Assembly: GCA_027077895.1 (NCBI GenBank)
Contig: JALWQZ010000023.1
Span: forward strand, 1 to 24,877
Reading direction: 5' to 3'
Length of the DNA: 24,877 nucleotides
From: Candidatus Micrarchaeota archaeon
Lineage (GTDB): Archaea > B1Sed10-29 > WALL01 > WAMD01
The notes under the pieces were generated by a model. The model saw only the letters and a program-made list of their open reading frames with translations. It ran no database searches and was not told where the DNA came from. A program made the position numbers and the translations under genes. Of this stretch, positions 16,013 to 23,812 are shown in pieces; the first letter of the stretch is position 1; each line of letters begins with the position of its first letter.

Positions 16013-16566
16013 AGTACTATGACATCCTTGTGGATCCCAAGTTTGAGGGGGTCATTGAGAGATTAGGGTATTCCAAACTCGGTGTGGGTATCCAGGTTTT
16101 GGACAGTAACGAGATAGATATGGCTTATGCTAGGGACAAACTGGTTTTTGTTAAATCTTCAAATTCACTGGAGAAGAACAGAAGAATCTTGAAGTCACCG
16201 TGTGATGGAATTGTTGACCCTGTTTTTCCTAGACTACTGGCATTGGATTACCCTGCGATGACGATTGCCAAGGACAACGATTGTTCAATTATTCTGACTT
16301 TGTCTAATCTTGAAAAGTATACTGGAATACAAAGAGCAAATTACCTATCAAGAACTCGCCTTCTGGTAAAAATGGCAACAAAAAAAAGGCTGAGGGTAAT
16401 TCTGACTACTGGCGCATCTAGCGAGTTTCAGTTGAGGACACCAATCCAGTTGATCTCATTTGGCAAGGTTTTGGGCATGACAGATAGTCAGGCAAAGAGG
16501 GCAATTGGGCCTGCGGTTGAGCATATTAGGAGGAGGGTTTATGATACCGCCAACTCTGAAAGTTAA
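16009..16566 (+). CDS. rnp3: RNase P protein subunit Rpp1/p30 (Rnp3)
   Basis: The C-terminal segment LRVILTTGASSEFQLRTPIQLISFGKVLGMTDSQAKRAI aligns with Pyrococcus Rpp30. ATGA overlap with the upstream gene. Confidence 0.7.
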   Translation: MKYYDILVDPKFEGVIERLGYSKLGVGIQVLDSNEIDMAYARDKLVFVKSSNSLEKNRRILKSPCDGIVDPVFPRLLALDYPAMTIAKDNDCSIILTLSNLEKYTGIQRANYLSRTRLLVKMATKKRLRVILTTGASSEFQLRTPIQLISFGKVLGMTDSQAKRAIGPAVEHIRRRVYDTANSES

Positions 16567-16900
16567 TAAGAGGTACATTGCATTTAGGATTATTGCAAAG
16601 CAGGTGTTTACCGAAAAGCAGGTATTACAGGCCATGAGACAGTCTGTTTTATCATTTGCTGGTGAAGATGGATATGCTTGTTCTAATTTTGATGTTGTTT
16701 ATTATGATCAAGAGAACATGGTGGGGGTAGCAAGGGCGACAGATTCAACCCTAGATACGATTATTCTCTCACTGAGTTTAGTAGACAACATACAGGGTAG
16801 GCGTGCTGGAGTTCTGATTACAGGTGTCTCTGGGACTGTCAAGAAGGCAATGCGCAAACTCCTTAAAGAAAATATATTTAAAGGAGATACCACTCAATAA
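16541..16900 (+). CDS. rnp2: RNase P protein subunit Pop5/Rpp14 (Rnp2)
   Basis: MIPPTLKVNKRYIAFRII... (RYIxFxI signature of Pop5). About 119 aa from ATG 16541; the track's TTG 16505 extension is less likely. Overlaps the rnp3 end by 26 nt. Confidence 0.65.
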   Translation: MIPPTLKVNKRYIAFRIIAKQVFTEKQVLQAMRQSVLSFAGEDGYACSNFDVVYYDQENMVGVARATDSTLDTIILSLSLVDNIQGRRAGVLITGVSGTVKKAMRKLLKENIFKGDTTQ

Positions 16901-16915
16901 TACCGAGGTGATTGT

Positions 16916-17647
16916 ATGTATCCTCCTTCTGCGTCGGCTTATGATCGTGCAACGACTGTATTTAGTCCGGATGGAAGGTTGTTCCAAGTAGAGTATGCAA
17001 AGAAGGCAGTTGAAAAGGGGACTACTGCTGTTGGTCTAGTTTTCAATGGTGGCGGATTAATCGCCACTGACAAACTCATAGACTCTAAACTAGTCAACGT
17101 AAAATCTGTTGAGAAGGTATTCAAGATAGATGAGCACATAGGTGCGGTGGCTTCTGGTCTGGTTGCCGATGCTAGGAAGTTGATAGACCACGCCAGGGTT
17201 GAAGCCCAGAGAGAGAGGGTTGTCTACGGGGAGTGCATCCCTGTTGAAACGCTAACTAGGTCCATATGTGACTTGAAACAGTCCTACACACAGTACGGTG
17301 GTGTTAGGCCTTTTGGTGTTTCGCTTATAATCCTAGGTGTTGACAGGACAGGAACTAGGATGTTTGAGACTGATCCTAGTGGTGCGTTTTCGGAGGTTTA
17401 TGCTTCTGCCATCGGGCAAGGCAAATCCACTGTGGATGAAATGTTTGAGAGTAAGTATGACAAAAACCTCAAGTTTGAGGATGCCGTAAAACTGGCTGTC
17501 AAAGCCTTGAGGGAGGCGAATAAGAATAATTCAACATGGGATGGTCTTGAGGTTTATTACATAACCGAGAAGGAGAAGAAGTTTAAGGAATTACCAAAAG
17601 GTGAACTTGAAAAGATTGTTGGAAAAACGAAGAGGCGATCCAAATGA
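16916..17647 (+). CDS. psmA: Proteasome alpha subunit
   Basis: YDRATTVFSPDGRLFQVEYA N-terminal signature. RBS GAGGTGAT. Confidence 0.95.
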   Translation: MYPPSASAYDRATTVFSPDGRLFQVEYAKKAVEKGTTAVGLVFNGGGLIATDKLIDSKLVNVKSVEKVFKIDEHIGAVASGLVADARKLIDHARVEAQRERVVYGECIPVETLTRSICDLKQSYTQYGGVRPFGVSLIILGVDRTGTRMFETDPSGAFSEVYASAIGQGKSTVDEMFESKYDKNLKFEDAVKLAVKALREANKNNSTWDGLEVYYITEKEKKFKELPKGELEKIVGKTKRRSK

Positions 17648-18354
17648 TACCTGTAGATAAGGCAGTTGTAGTTAGGTACGAAAAGGGTGAGGAGAGGTTT
17701 GAGATACTTGTTGACCCCGAGAGAGCATGGGAGATAAAGGAGAAGAAGGATATCACTTTGATAACTAATCTAGATGATATCCTAGCGTCACTAGATGTGT
17801 ATAAGGATGCTAGGAAGGGAGAAAGGGCCAGTGAGTCAGAGGTCCAGAAGCATTTTAACTCAGACGATAAGAAGTATATAATATTCAAGATAATCACAGA
17901 TGGCGAAATGCACTTGACTACTGATCAGAAGAGGAGGATGCAGGAGGAAAAGAAGAGGAAGATAATCAACTTGATAGCAAGTCAGGCAATTGACCCAACA
18001 ACAAACCTACCTCATCCTGTATCCAGAATTGAGAGGGCGATAGAGGAAGCAGGTGTTCACATTGACCCGTTGAAACCTGCAGAAAGGCAGGTAGATGAAA
18101 TCGTAGATAAATTGAGACCGATAATACCAATAAAGATTGCAAAGGCTAGAATTGAAGTGAAGATCCCAGCCCAGTATGCATCTAGGGTGTATGGCTACCT
18201 AAAACAGTTGAAGCCGGTTAAGACTGATTGGCTGAATGATGGCAGTTTATCTGCGGTCATTGAGATACCTGCTGGTATGCAGACAGAAGTTTTTGACAAG
18301 TTAAACTCAATGACACATGGAACAGTGTACTCCAAATTGATTCAAGTGATATGA
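17644..18354 (+). CDS. sdo1: SBDS/Sdo1 ribosome maturation protein
   Basis: FYSNN-domain-like N-terminus (VVVRYEKGEERFEILVDPERAWE) and a three-domain length of 236 aa. ATGA coupling to psmA. Confidence 0.8.
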   Translation: MIPVDKAVVVRYEKGEERFEILVDPERAWEIKEKKDITLITNLDDILASLDVYKDARKGERASESEVQKHFNSDDKKYIIFKIITDGEMHLTTDQKRRMQEEKKRKIINLIASQAIDPTTNLPHPVSRIERAIEEAGVHIDPLKPAERQVDEIVDKLRPIIPIKIAKARIEVKIPAQYASRVYGYLKQLKPVKTDWLNDGSLSAVIEIPAGMQTEVFDKLNSMTHGTVYSKLIQVI

Positions 18355-18367
18355 GTTCACGAAACTA

Positions 18368-18386
18368 TTTTAAATGGTTTAAATCA
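18368..18386 (+). promoter_or_regulatory. Internal promoter (TTTTAAAT / TTTAAATCA boxes) upstream of rrp4, followed by a small hairpin GGGAGtctCTCCC (18411-18423) in the leader
   Basis: The only sizeable gap (95 nt) inside the superoperon. A/T boxes about 60-80 nt upstream of the start. Perfect 5-bp stem/3-nt loop. RBS GAGGTGA at 18446-18452. Confidence 0.35.
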
Positions 18387-18449
18387 TAATCATGATGTAA
18401 TTGGAGATCAGGGAGTCTCTCCCCATCTATTTGTTTAAATTCAAGCGAG

Positions 18450-19085
18450 GTGAATGATTTGAGGGAGATTGTTATACCTGGAGAACCTTTGGGTGAAGCG
18501 AATCAGGATAGACTGCCGTATGGTGTCTTCAGGGAAGGAGACAAGTTGTATTCTGCCCTATACGGGCTTGTAGAGCCGGACAAGGGCATTAGAATAACCC
18601 CGTTGAATGGTAGGTACCTTCCACGAGTAGGCGATGTTGTTATAGGTATTGTTATAATGGCTAGGCATTCTGGGTATGTGGTGGATATAAATTCCCCATA
18701 TGTGGGGCATTTGTCCATTCCTAGGCATTCGAATTTGAAATTCCCAAGACTAAACCCTGGGGATGTTGTAACTGTGAAAATTGCCAGTAAGAATGAAGTT
18801 GGAGATGTTGCCCTAGAGTCCCCTAGGCGGCTCGTGAAGGGGAAGTTAATAGAAATCTTGCCGACTAAGATACCAAGAGTGTTCGGAAAGAGTGGTTCAA
18901 TGCTGGATCTGATAAAGAACACGACAGGAGTGCAAATGATAGTTGGCAGGAATGGAAGGATATGGCTACGTGGTGAGCCTGATGCAATAATAAAGGCAGA
19001 GCGGGCAATTAGGTTCATAGAGGAGAACGCTCACAAGTACGGTGTTACCGATGCTGTTAAGAAAATGTTGGAAGGTGATATCTAA
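18450..19085 (+). CDS. rrp4: Exosome complex subunit Rrp4 (S1 + KH)
   Basis: [10 protein letters not shown] (compare Sulfolobus IVVPGELLAE), S1 then KH (VGRNGRIW). GTG start (or TTG at 18459). Confidence 0.85.
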   Translation: MNDLREIVIPGEPLGEANQDRLPYGVFREGDKLYSALYGLVEPDKGIRITPLNGRYLPRVGDVVIGIVIMARHSGYVVDINSPYVGHLSIPRHSNLKFPRLNPGDVVTVKIASKNEVGDVALESPRRLVKGKLIEILPTKIPRVFGKSGSMLDLIKNTTGVQMIVGRNGRIWLRGEPDAIIKAERAIRFIEENAHKYGVTDAVKKMLEGDI

Positions 19086-19837
19086 TGGGAGGTCACAATC
19101 CTGGAATAAAATTATTGGATAAAGATGGTAAGAGGATAGATGGTAGGGGTCTTTATGACCTTAGACCTATAAAGATGGAGATAGGAGTTTTGAAGAAGGC
19201 AGATGGTTCTGCTTATCTAGAATGGGGTGGGAATAAGGTTATGGCTGCGGTATATGGCCCCAAACCAGTCATGCCTAGGCACCTAGCGAACCCGTACAAG
19301 GCAGTCCTTATGTATAGATACAACATGGCACCGTTCAGTGTTGATGACAGGAAGAGGCCAGGGCCGGATAGGAGGTCAATAGAGATTTCCAAGATATCCA
19401 GAGATGCGTTGGAGAGAATCGTGATGACAGAGTACTTCCCAAATACCATGATTGAGATATTTGTTGAAATACTGCAAGCAGATGCTGGTACTAGGTGCGC
19501 TGCTCTAACTGCAGCGTCTTTGGCGCTGGCAGATGCAGGGATACCCATGAGAGACCTAGTGGCCGCTTGTGCTGCTGGTAAGATAGACGGAAAGGTTGCC
19601 CTTGATTTGAAGAAGGAAGAGGACAACTATGGAGAGTCGGACATGCCCCTTGCAATATCTCCTAGGACAGGCGACATACTCCTGTTCCAGATGGATGGCC
19701 TTCTAACCAAGGAAGAATATCTAGAATCCCTTCACCTAGCATTGGAGGGAGCCAAAAAGGTTAGTGAGATGCAGAAAAAGGCCTTGAAGGATAAGTACAA
19801 AATTGAAACATTGGGTGGTGAAGATGACAAAGTTTGA
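19085..19837 (+). CDS. rrp41: Exosome complex exonuclease Rrp41 (RNase PH-like)
   Basis: [49 protein letters not shown] coupling to rrp4. Confidence 0.9.
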   Translation: MGGHNPGIKLLDKDGKRIDGRGLYDLRPIKMEIGVLKKADGSAYLEWGGNKVMAAVYGPKPVMPRHLANPYKAVLMYRYNMAPFSVDDRKRPGPDRRSIEISKISRDALERIVMTEYFPNTMIEIFVEILQADAGTRCAALTAASLALADAGIPMRDLVAACAAGKIDGKVALDLKKEEDNYGESDMPLAISPRTGDILLFQMDGLLTKEEYLESLHLALEGAKKVSEMQKKALKDKYKIETLGGEDDKV

Positions 19838-20633
19838 AGATGAAATGCTTTGGAATATAAAGTCAGATTATGTTCACAGACTTGCCCAGCAGGGGCTTAG
19901 GGTAGACGAGAGAGGGCAGTTTGATTACAGACCAATAGAGATAATCCCCGACTATGTAACAAGACCTGCTGGCTCTGCTATGGTTAGAATGGGGAATACT
20001 ACAGTCATTGCAGGGGTTACGATGGATGTAGGTACTCCTTTCCCAGATACGCCTGATGAGGGAATTCTGATAACTAATGCAGAGTTAGTTCCCCTGGCCT
20101 CGCCTAATTTTGAGCCAGGCCCACCTGACGAGGATTCAATAGAGTTTGCTAGGGTTGTTGATAGGGGAATAAGAGAAGGGCAGGTAATTGATTTGAATAA
20201 GTTGTCAATCGAGCCTGGCGAGAAGGCTTGGATGGTGTTTATTGACCTGCATGTATTGGACTACGATGGGAACTTGTTTGATGCAGGTGCACTTGCTGCG
20301 ATGACTGCATTGAACGTTGCAAAGGTGCCAAAGTATGAGGACGAAAAGATTATAAGGGAAGAAGTGTCTATGAATATGCCTATTAAAAGACAGGTAGTCG
20401 AGACCACATTCGCTAAGATAGATGATTTCCTAGTGGTTGACCCAGTACTAGACGAAGAGAAGTCTGCAGACGCTAGGCTTACAATTGCCACCACAGATGA
20501 TGGATACATTTGTGCGTCACAGAAGGGTGGTCCAGGACCAATAAAGGTTGATGAAATAGAGCAAATGATTGATTTGGCATTTGAAAAGGGAGACTACCTG
20601 AGAAAAATTATGAAGGATGCAATAAAGAAGTAA
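19824..20633 (+). CDS. rrp42: Exosome complex subunit Rrp42
   Basis: RNase PH-like inactive subunit ([17 protein letters not shown]..., [15 protein letters not shown]). ATG 19824 with RBS GGTGGTGAAG is preferred to the track's 19803. Confidence 0.9.
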   Translation: MTKFEDEMLWNIKSDYVHRLAQQGLRVDERGQFDYRPIEIIPDYVTRPAGSAMVRMGNTTVIAGVTMDVGTPFPDTPDEGILITNAELVPLASPNFEPGPPDEDSIEFARVVDRGIREGQVIDLNKLSIEPGEKAWMVFIDLHVLDYDGNLFDAGALAAMTALNVAKVPKYEDEKIIREEVSMNMPIKRQVVETTFAKIDDFLVVDPVLDEEKSADARLTIATTDDGYICASQKGGPGPIKVDEIEQMIDLAFEKGDYLRKIMKDAIKK

Positions 20634-20634
20634 G

Positions 20635-20967
20635 GTGATTATTGTGAAAACAAAGAAAGTGCATATCACTGGTAAGTTTGGAGCAAGGTACGGTAAAAAG
20701 GTCAGGGATACCTATAAGCAGGTTATGAAGAAGCAGAAGGAATTGTATGAGTGCCCAAAATGTGGTAAGAAGAAGGTTAAGAGAATAGGTTATGCTTTGT
20801 GGGAATGCCAGGCGTGTGGCTACAAATTCGCAGGTGGCGCGTACGAACCATTTACAAACGTTGGCAAAGTTGCAATTAGGGTTGTTTCTTCTCATACTAG
20901 AGGTGAGGAGGCTATTAAGGAGATTGAGGAGGCCGAATCTGAGGAGAAGTTTGAGGTGGTTGAATGA
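20635..20967 (+). CDS. rpl37ae: 50S ribosomal protein L37ae (eL43) with an acidic C-terminal extension
   Basis: KTKKVHITGKFGARYG and Zn ribbon CPKCG...CQACGYKFAGGAY. GTG start (20635 or 20644). About 20 extra acidic residues (EEAIKEIEEAESEEKFEVVE) compared with typical ~90-aa L37ae. Confidence 0.85.
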   Translation: MIIVKTKKVHITGKFGARYGKKVRDTYKQVMKKQKELYECPKCGKKKVKRIGYALWECQACGYKFAGGAYEPFTNVGKVAIRVVSSHTRGEEAIKEIEEAESEEKFEVVE

Positions 20968-21095
20968 CATACGTCTGCATGAAGTGCGGGAAGGAATTCA
21001 ATGAACTGCCTCCGGACATGACTTGTACATACTGCGGCTATAAAATAATAATGAAGAAGAGCCCCCCCATTGCAAGAAAGGTGAAAGCTGAGTGA
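20964..21095 (+). CDS. rpoP: RNA polymerase subunit P (RpoP/Rpo12, Rpb12/Rpc10 homolog) - 43 aa, not in the supplied ORF track
   Basis: ATG overlaps the rpl37ae stop (ATGA). MTYVCMKCGKEFNELPPDMTCTYCGYKIIMKKSPPIARKVKAE has CxxC...CxxCGYKI, the RpoP zinc-ribbon consensus. The next gene starts 1 nt after its stop. Confidence 0.8.
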   Translation: MTYVCMKCGKEFNELPPDMTCTYCGYKIIMKKSPPIARKVKAE

Positions 21096-21096
21096 G

Positions 21097-21600
21097 ATGA
21101 TTATCACAACATCTAGAAAACCGTCTAGAAGAACTAGGTCCTTAGGTAGAGATCTAGAGTGTGTTCTTGACGGGAAATATGTCACTAGAGGAAAGGCGAG
21201 TATTGATGTCCTTGTTGACCGTGCTATAAATGAGGGGGAGTACAAAGTAATCATCATCTCTGATATACATGGCAATCCAGGAAAGATACAAGTTATAAAC
21301 GCGACTGAAGATTCATGGGTGTGGGATCCGCTTATCCTGAATTTGTCGGGTGTTTCTTTGCAGAGAGAAGTTTTGTCTAAACAGGGTGTAAAGTTGAAAA
21401 AGGTGAGTTTTAACAGTTTATCTGTCTCAAACGAAACAGAGCATGATGTCATTTCATACTTTGGGCTGTCACCTATTTCCGAATCGAGGAATAAGATGAT
21501 TGTGAAAAACAGCGAGATTTCTTTCTATATGGGCTCGAGAGAAGTCGGTCCCAAAATTCTTATAAGGGAGTGGTATTATGCGAACCAGCCTGAGGTTTGA
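21097..21600 (+). CDS. Brix-domain (Imp4-like) ribosome biogenesis protein
   Basis: MIITTSRKPSRRTRSL... matches the archaeal Brix N-terminus. 167 aa. Confidence 0.75.
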   Translation: MIITTSRKPSRRTRSLGRDLECVLDGKYVTRGKASIDVLVDRAINEGEYKVIIISDIHGNPGKIQVINATEDSWVWDPLILNLSGVSLQREVLSKQGVKLKKVSFNSLSVSNETEHDVISYFGLSPISESRNKMIVKNSEISFYMGSREVGPKILIREWYYANQPEV

Positions 21601-21820
21601 GATGGATCCTGACCTGGCTGAGGATGTAGCATTCTCTTTAAATGTCAATAAGAAATTAAATAGGGGTAATATAGAAATAGACAGTAGAGATGGTGAGTTA
21701 GTTTTTGTTATCGACACACCTGATTTAACTGCCATGAGGGCGGCTTTGAATACTCATTTGAGATTGCTTAGTATGATATTAAATACGTGGGAGGTTGTTG
21801 AAAATGGCAAGTCAAGGTGA
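21578..21820 (+). CDS. pcc1: KEOPS complex subunit Pcc1-like
   Basis: 80 aa. SLRFEMDPDLAEDVAFSL...LTAMRAALNTHLRLL resembles the Pcc1 pattern (AxIExxFxsxxxAxxI...RAxxNSxLRLL). Overlaps the Brix end by 23 nt; an alternative start is ATG 21602. Confidence 0.55.
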   Translation: MRTSLRFEMDPDLAEDVAFSLNVNKKLNRGNIEIDSRDGELVFVIDTPDLTAMRAALNTHLRLLSMILNTWEVVENGKSR

Positions 21821-22121
21821 TATAAACCAATACCAATCCTTAGTGCAGCAGTACCAGGTGATATCTGTTGAGAGGCAGAGGGCAGAACTGCAGATAAGAG
21901 AGATTGAGTCGAGTTTGAAGGAATTGGGTAAGGCAGATGGAAAGACGTACTTATCCATCGGTAGAGTTCTTGTTGAAAAGCCAAAGAAGGAGATAGTCGA
22001 CGAATTGGAAAAGCAGAAGAAAGAACTATCAGAGAGGGTAGACACCCTAAAGGTTAAGGAGGAATCCTTGTTGAAAAAGATAAAAGACCTAGAGCAAAAA
22101 CTCTCAAGTGAGTCTAAATGA
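21804..22121 (+). CDS. pfdB: Prefoldin beta subunit
   Basis: Coiled coil - beta hairpin (GKTYLSIGRVLVEK) - coiled coil. ATG 21804 with upstream GGGAGG is preferred to TTG 21795. Confidence 0.8.
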   Translation: MASQGDINQYQSLVQQYQVISVERQRAELQIREIESSLKELGKADGKTYLSIGRVLVEKPKKEIVDELEKQKKELSERVDTLKVKEESLLKKIKDLEQKLSSESK

Positions 22122-23092
22122 AGCGTTTACTTGACTATTTGAGAGAATCGAGCAATGTATTCATTATGTACCACACGTCCCCGGATCCAGATGCGATAGG
22201 TTCTGCTATAGCACTGGCTAGGATCTTGAGGGCTCTAGGTAAGAATGTTGAAGTGTTTAAAGAAAAAAATATGAATGAGCAAGTCAGCGCAGTTGTCGAG
22301 TTATCTGGAGAAACCCTAGTTGAGAAGCCTAGTTTTAACAGTGGTCTGTTGGTGGTTGTAGATACGAGCGCATTATCTATGATAAATAGAGAAACCTTTG
22401 ATTCATTTAAGGGTTATAAGGTTGCGATTGACCACCACTCTATGAGGGATAACTATGATGGATTTGATTATGTCTTTGTGGATGATACTGCAATTGCTAC
22501 TGCTATACTGATAAAGGAACTGGCTGAGAATTTGGGTGTGCATCTAGATGAGACGACTGCAAGGCTGTTGGGAATCGCCATGATTACAGACTCTGCGAAT
22601 TTTATAATAGGTGATGCTAGGTTGTTTAGGGCATTGGCAGACATCCTAGATATAGTTGATTATCAAGAACTCATGGACATTGCGAACATGCCGCTGAGTT
22701 TCTCCGAGAGGGTTGCTAGGTTAAAGGCCACATCAAGATTGAAGTTATATTTTGTGGATAATTACATCATTGCGACCACAAAGTCTTCTGCTTTTGAGGG
22801 TAGTATTGCTAGGGCATTGATAGAACTAGGGGCAGATGTCAGTTTTGTTGCTTCTAATAATAATCCCAGTAGACTGTCTGCGCGAGCCAGCCAGAATCTT
22901 ATACAGAGAGGGTTACACTTGGGTAGGGATGTACTCCCAAAAGTTGCATCAATTTATGATTGTGATGCAGGCGGTCATGCGGGTGCAGCAGGTATGAATG
23001 GGTTTAATCCAGATGAGATAGATAGTGTTTTAGAATCATGTGTTGACCAGGTTACTATTTTTATAAAGTCAATTGAACAGAAGGCAAACTGA
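22118..23092 (+). CDS. DHH/DHHA1-family phosphoesterase (NrnA-like nanoRNase / pAp phosphatase candidate)
   Basis: Motifs HTSPDPDAIGS, VVVDTS, AIDHH, and DHHA1 GGHAGAAG near the C-terminus. ATGA overlap with the pfdB stop. Confidence 0.75.
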   Translation: MKRLLDYLRESSNVFIMYHTSPDPDAIGSAIALARILRALGKNVEVFKEKNMNEQVSAVVELSGETLVEKPSFNSGLLVVVDTSALSMINRETFDSFKGYKVAIDHHSMRDNYDGFDYVFVDDTAIATAILIKELAENLGVHLDETTARLLGIAMITDSANFIIGDARLFRALADILDIVDYQELMDIANMPLSFSERVARLKATSRLKLYFVDNYIIATTKSSAFEGSIARALIELGADVSFVASNNNPSRLSARASQNLIQRGLHLGRDVLPKVASIYDCDAGGHAGAAGMNGFNPDEIDSVLESCVDQVTIFIKSIEQKAN

Positions 23093-23093
23093 T

Positions 23094-23102
23094 TTTAAAT
23101 AG
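23094..23102 (+). promoter_or_regulatory. TATA box TTTTAAATA about 25 nt upstream of ATG 23123 (leaderless promoter for the terminal gene pair)
   Basis: Canonical archaeal TATA sequence and spacing. It lies directly after the DHH gene stop. Confidence 0.45.
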
Positions 23103-23122
23103 CGATTTCATTAATAGATGTG

Positions 23123-23812
23123 ATGGACAAGAATGTTGTGGACCTAGTGGATAGGCTTTTGGATACTATAAAGTATGAGATAAATAGAATGAAGGAGATG
23201 GGGGAAGATACGTCTATGCTAGAGAACCAATTAATGGAGTTTAGACGGGATCAAATTAATTTTATTAACTGGATAATGAATCATGATGATTCATCTGTAA
23301 AACTTTTCTTGAACAGGCTGCTAGAGTTTTCAAAAACGGTTCACAGGTATTATACTAATGTACAGTCTGGCGGTCATATAATGCAGACCGTTCACGAGAA
23401 AGGCGAACACCAGATGGAAGAGGCTAAAAGGGCAACGGACACGGCAGTTAATAAGACAATTGATTTGATAACAAGTGATGATGAAGCGCTAAACTTGGAT
23501 TTTGGTGTTGATTCTAGCTATGAAGACGTTTCACCTGTGCAGATGGATAAGGCTAGGGAAGATAGTGCAAGAATCATGGATACCAGTACACCTGTTGACG
23601 GTGATGTTAGGGACATAGAGGATATGATTAAATCTGAGAGGGAATTGGTCGATACGATGAGGAAATCGGGTAAGGATACCCTAAATCTTGAGTTTTTGAT
23701 TTCCAAGCAGGAATCACTTCTTGTGTCTTTGAAGGAAGCGTTACTAGATGGTGATTATGCTGAGGCTCAGAAATTGAGGGAAGAAATAAAAGAGATAGGG
23801 AGGAGGATATAA
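23123..23812 (+). CDS. Hypothetical acidic alpha-helical protein (229 aa) with a UVR-like C-terminal motif
   Basis: No recognisable catalytic motif. Predicted helical/coiled. The C-terminal ...LKEALLDGDYAEAQKLREEIKEI resembles UVR-domain helices. Own promoter. The stop overlaps the next ATG (TAATG). Confidence 0.45.
   Translation: MDKNVVDLVDRLLDTIKYEINRMKEMGEDTSMLENQLMEFRRDQINFINWIMNHDDSSVKLFLNRLLEFSKTVHRYYTNVQSGGHIMQTVHEKGEHQMEEAKRATDTAVNKTIDLITSDDEALNLDFGVDSSYEDVSPVQMDKAREDSARIMDTSTPVDGDVRDIEDMIKSERELVDTMRKSGKDTLNLEFLISKQESLLVSLKEALLDGDYAEAQKLREEIKEIGRRI

Noticed and set aside
18434-18441. TTTAAATT box 9 nt upstream of the rrp4 GTG as its promoter
   Set aside because: Too close to the start codon (the TSS would fall inside the ORF) and it overlaps the RBS region. 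The upstream boxes at 18368-18386 are the more plausible promoter.
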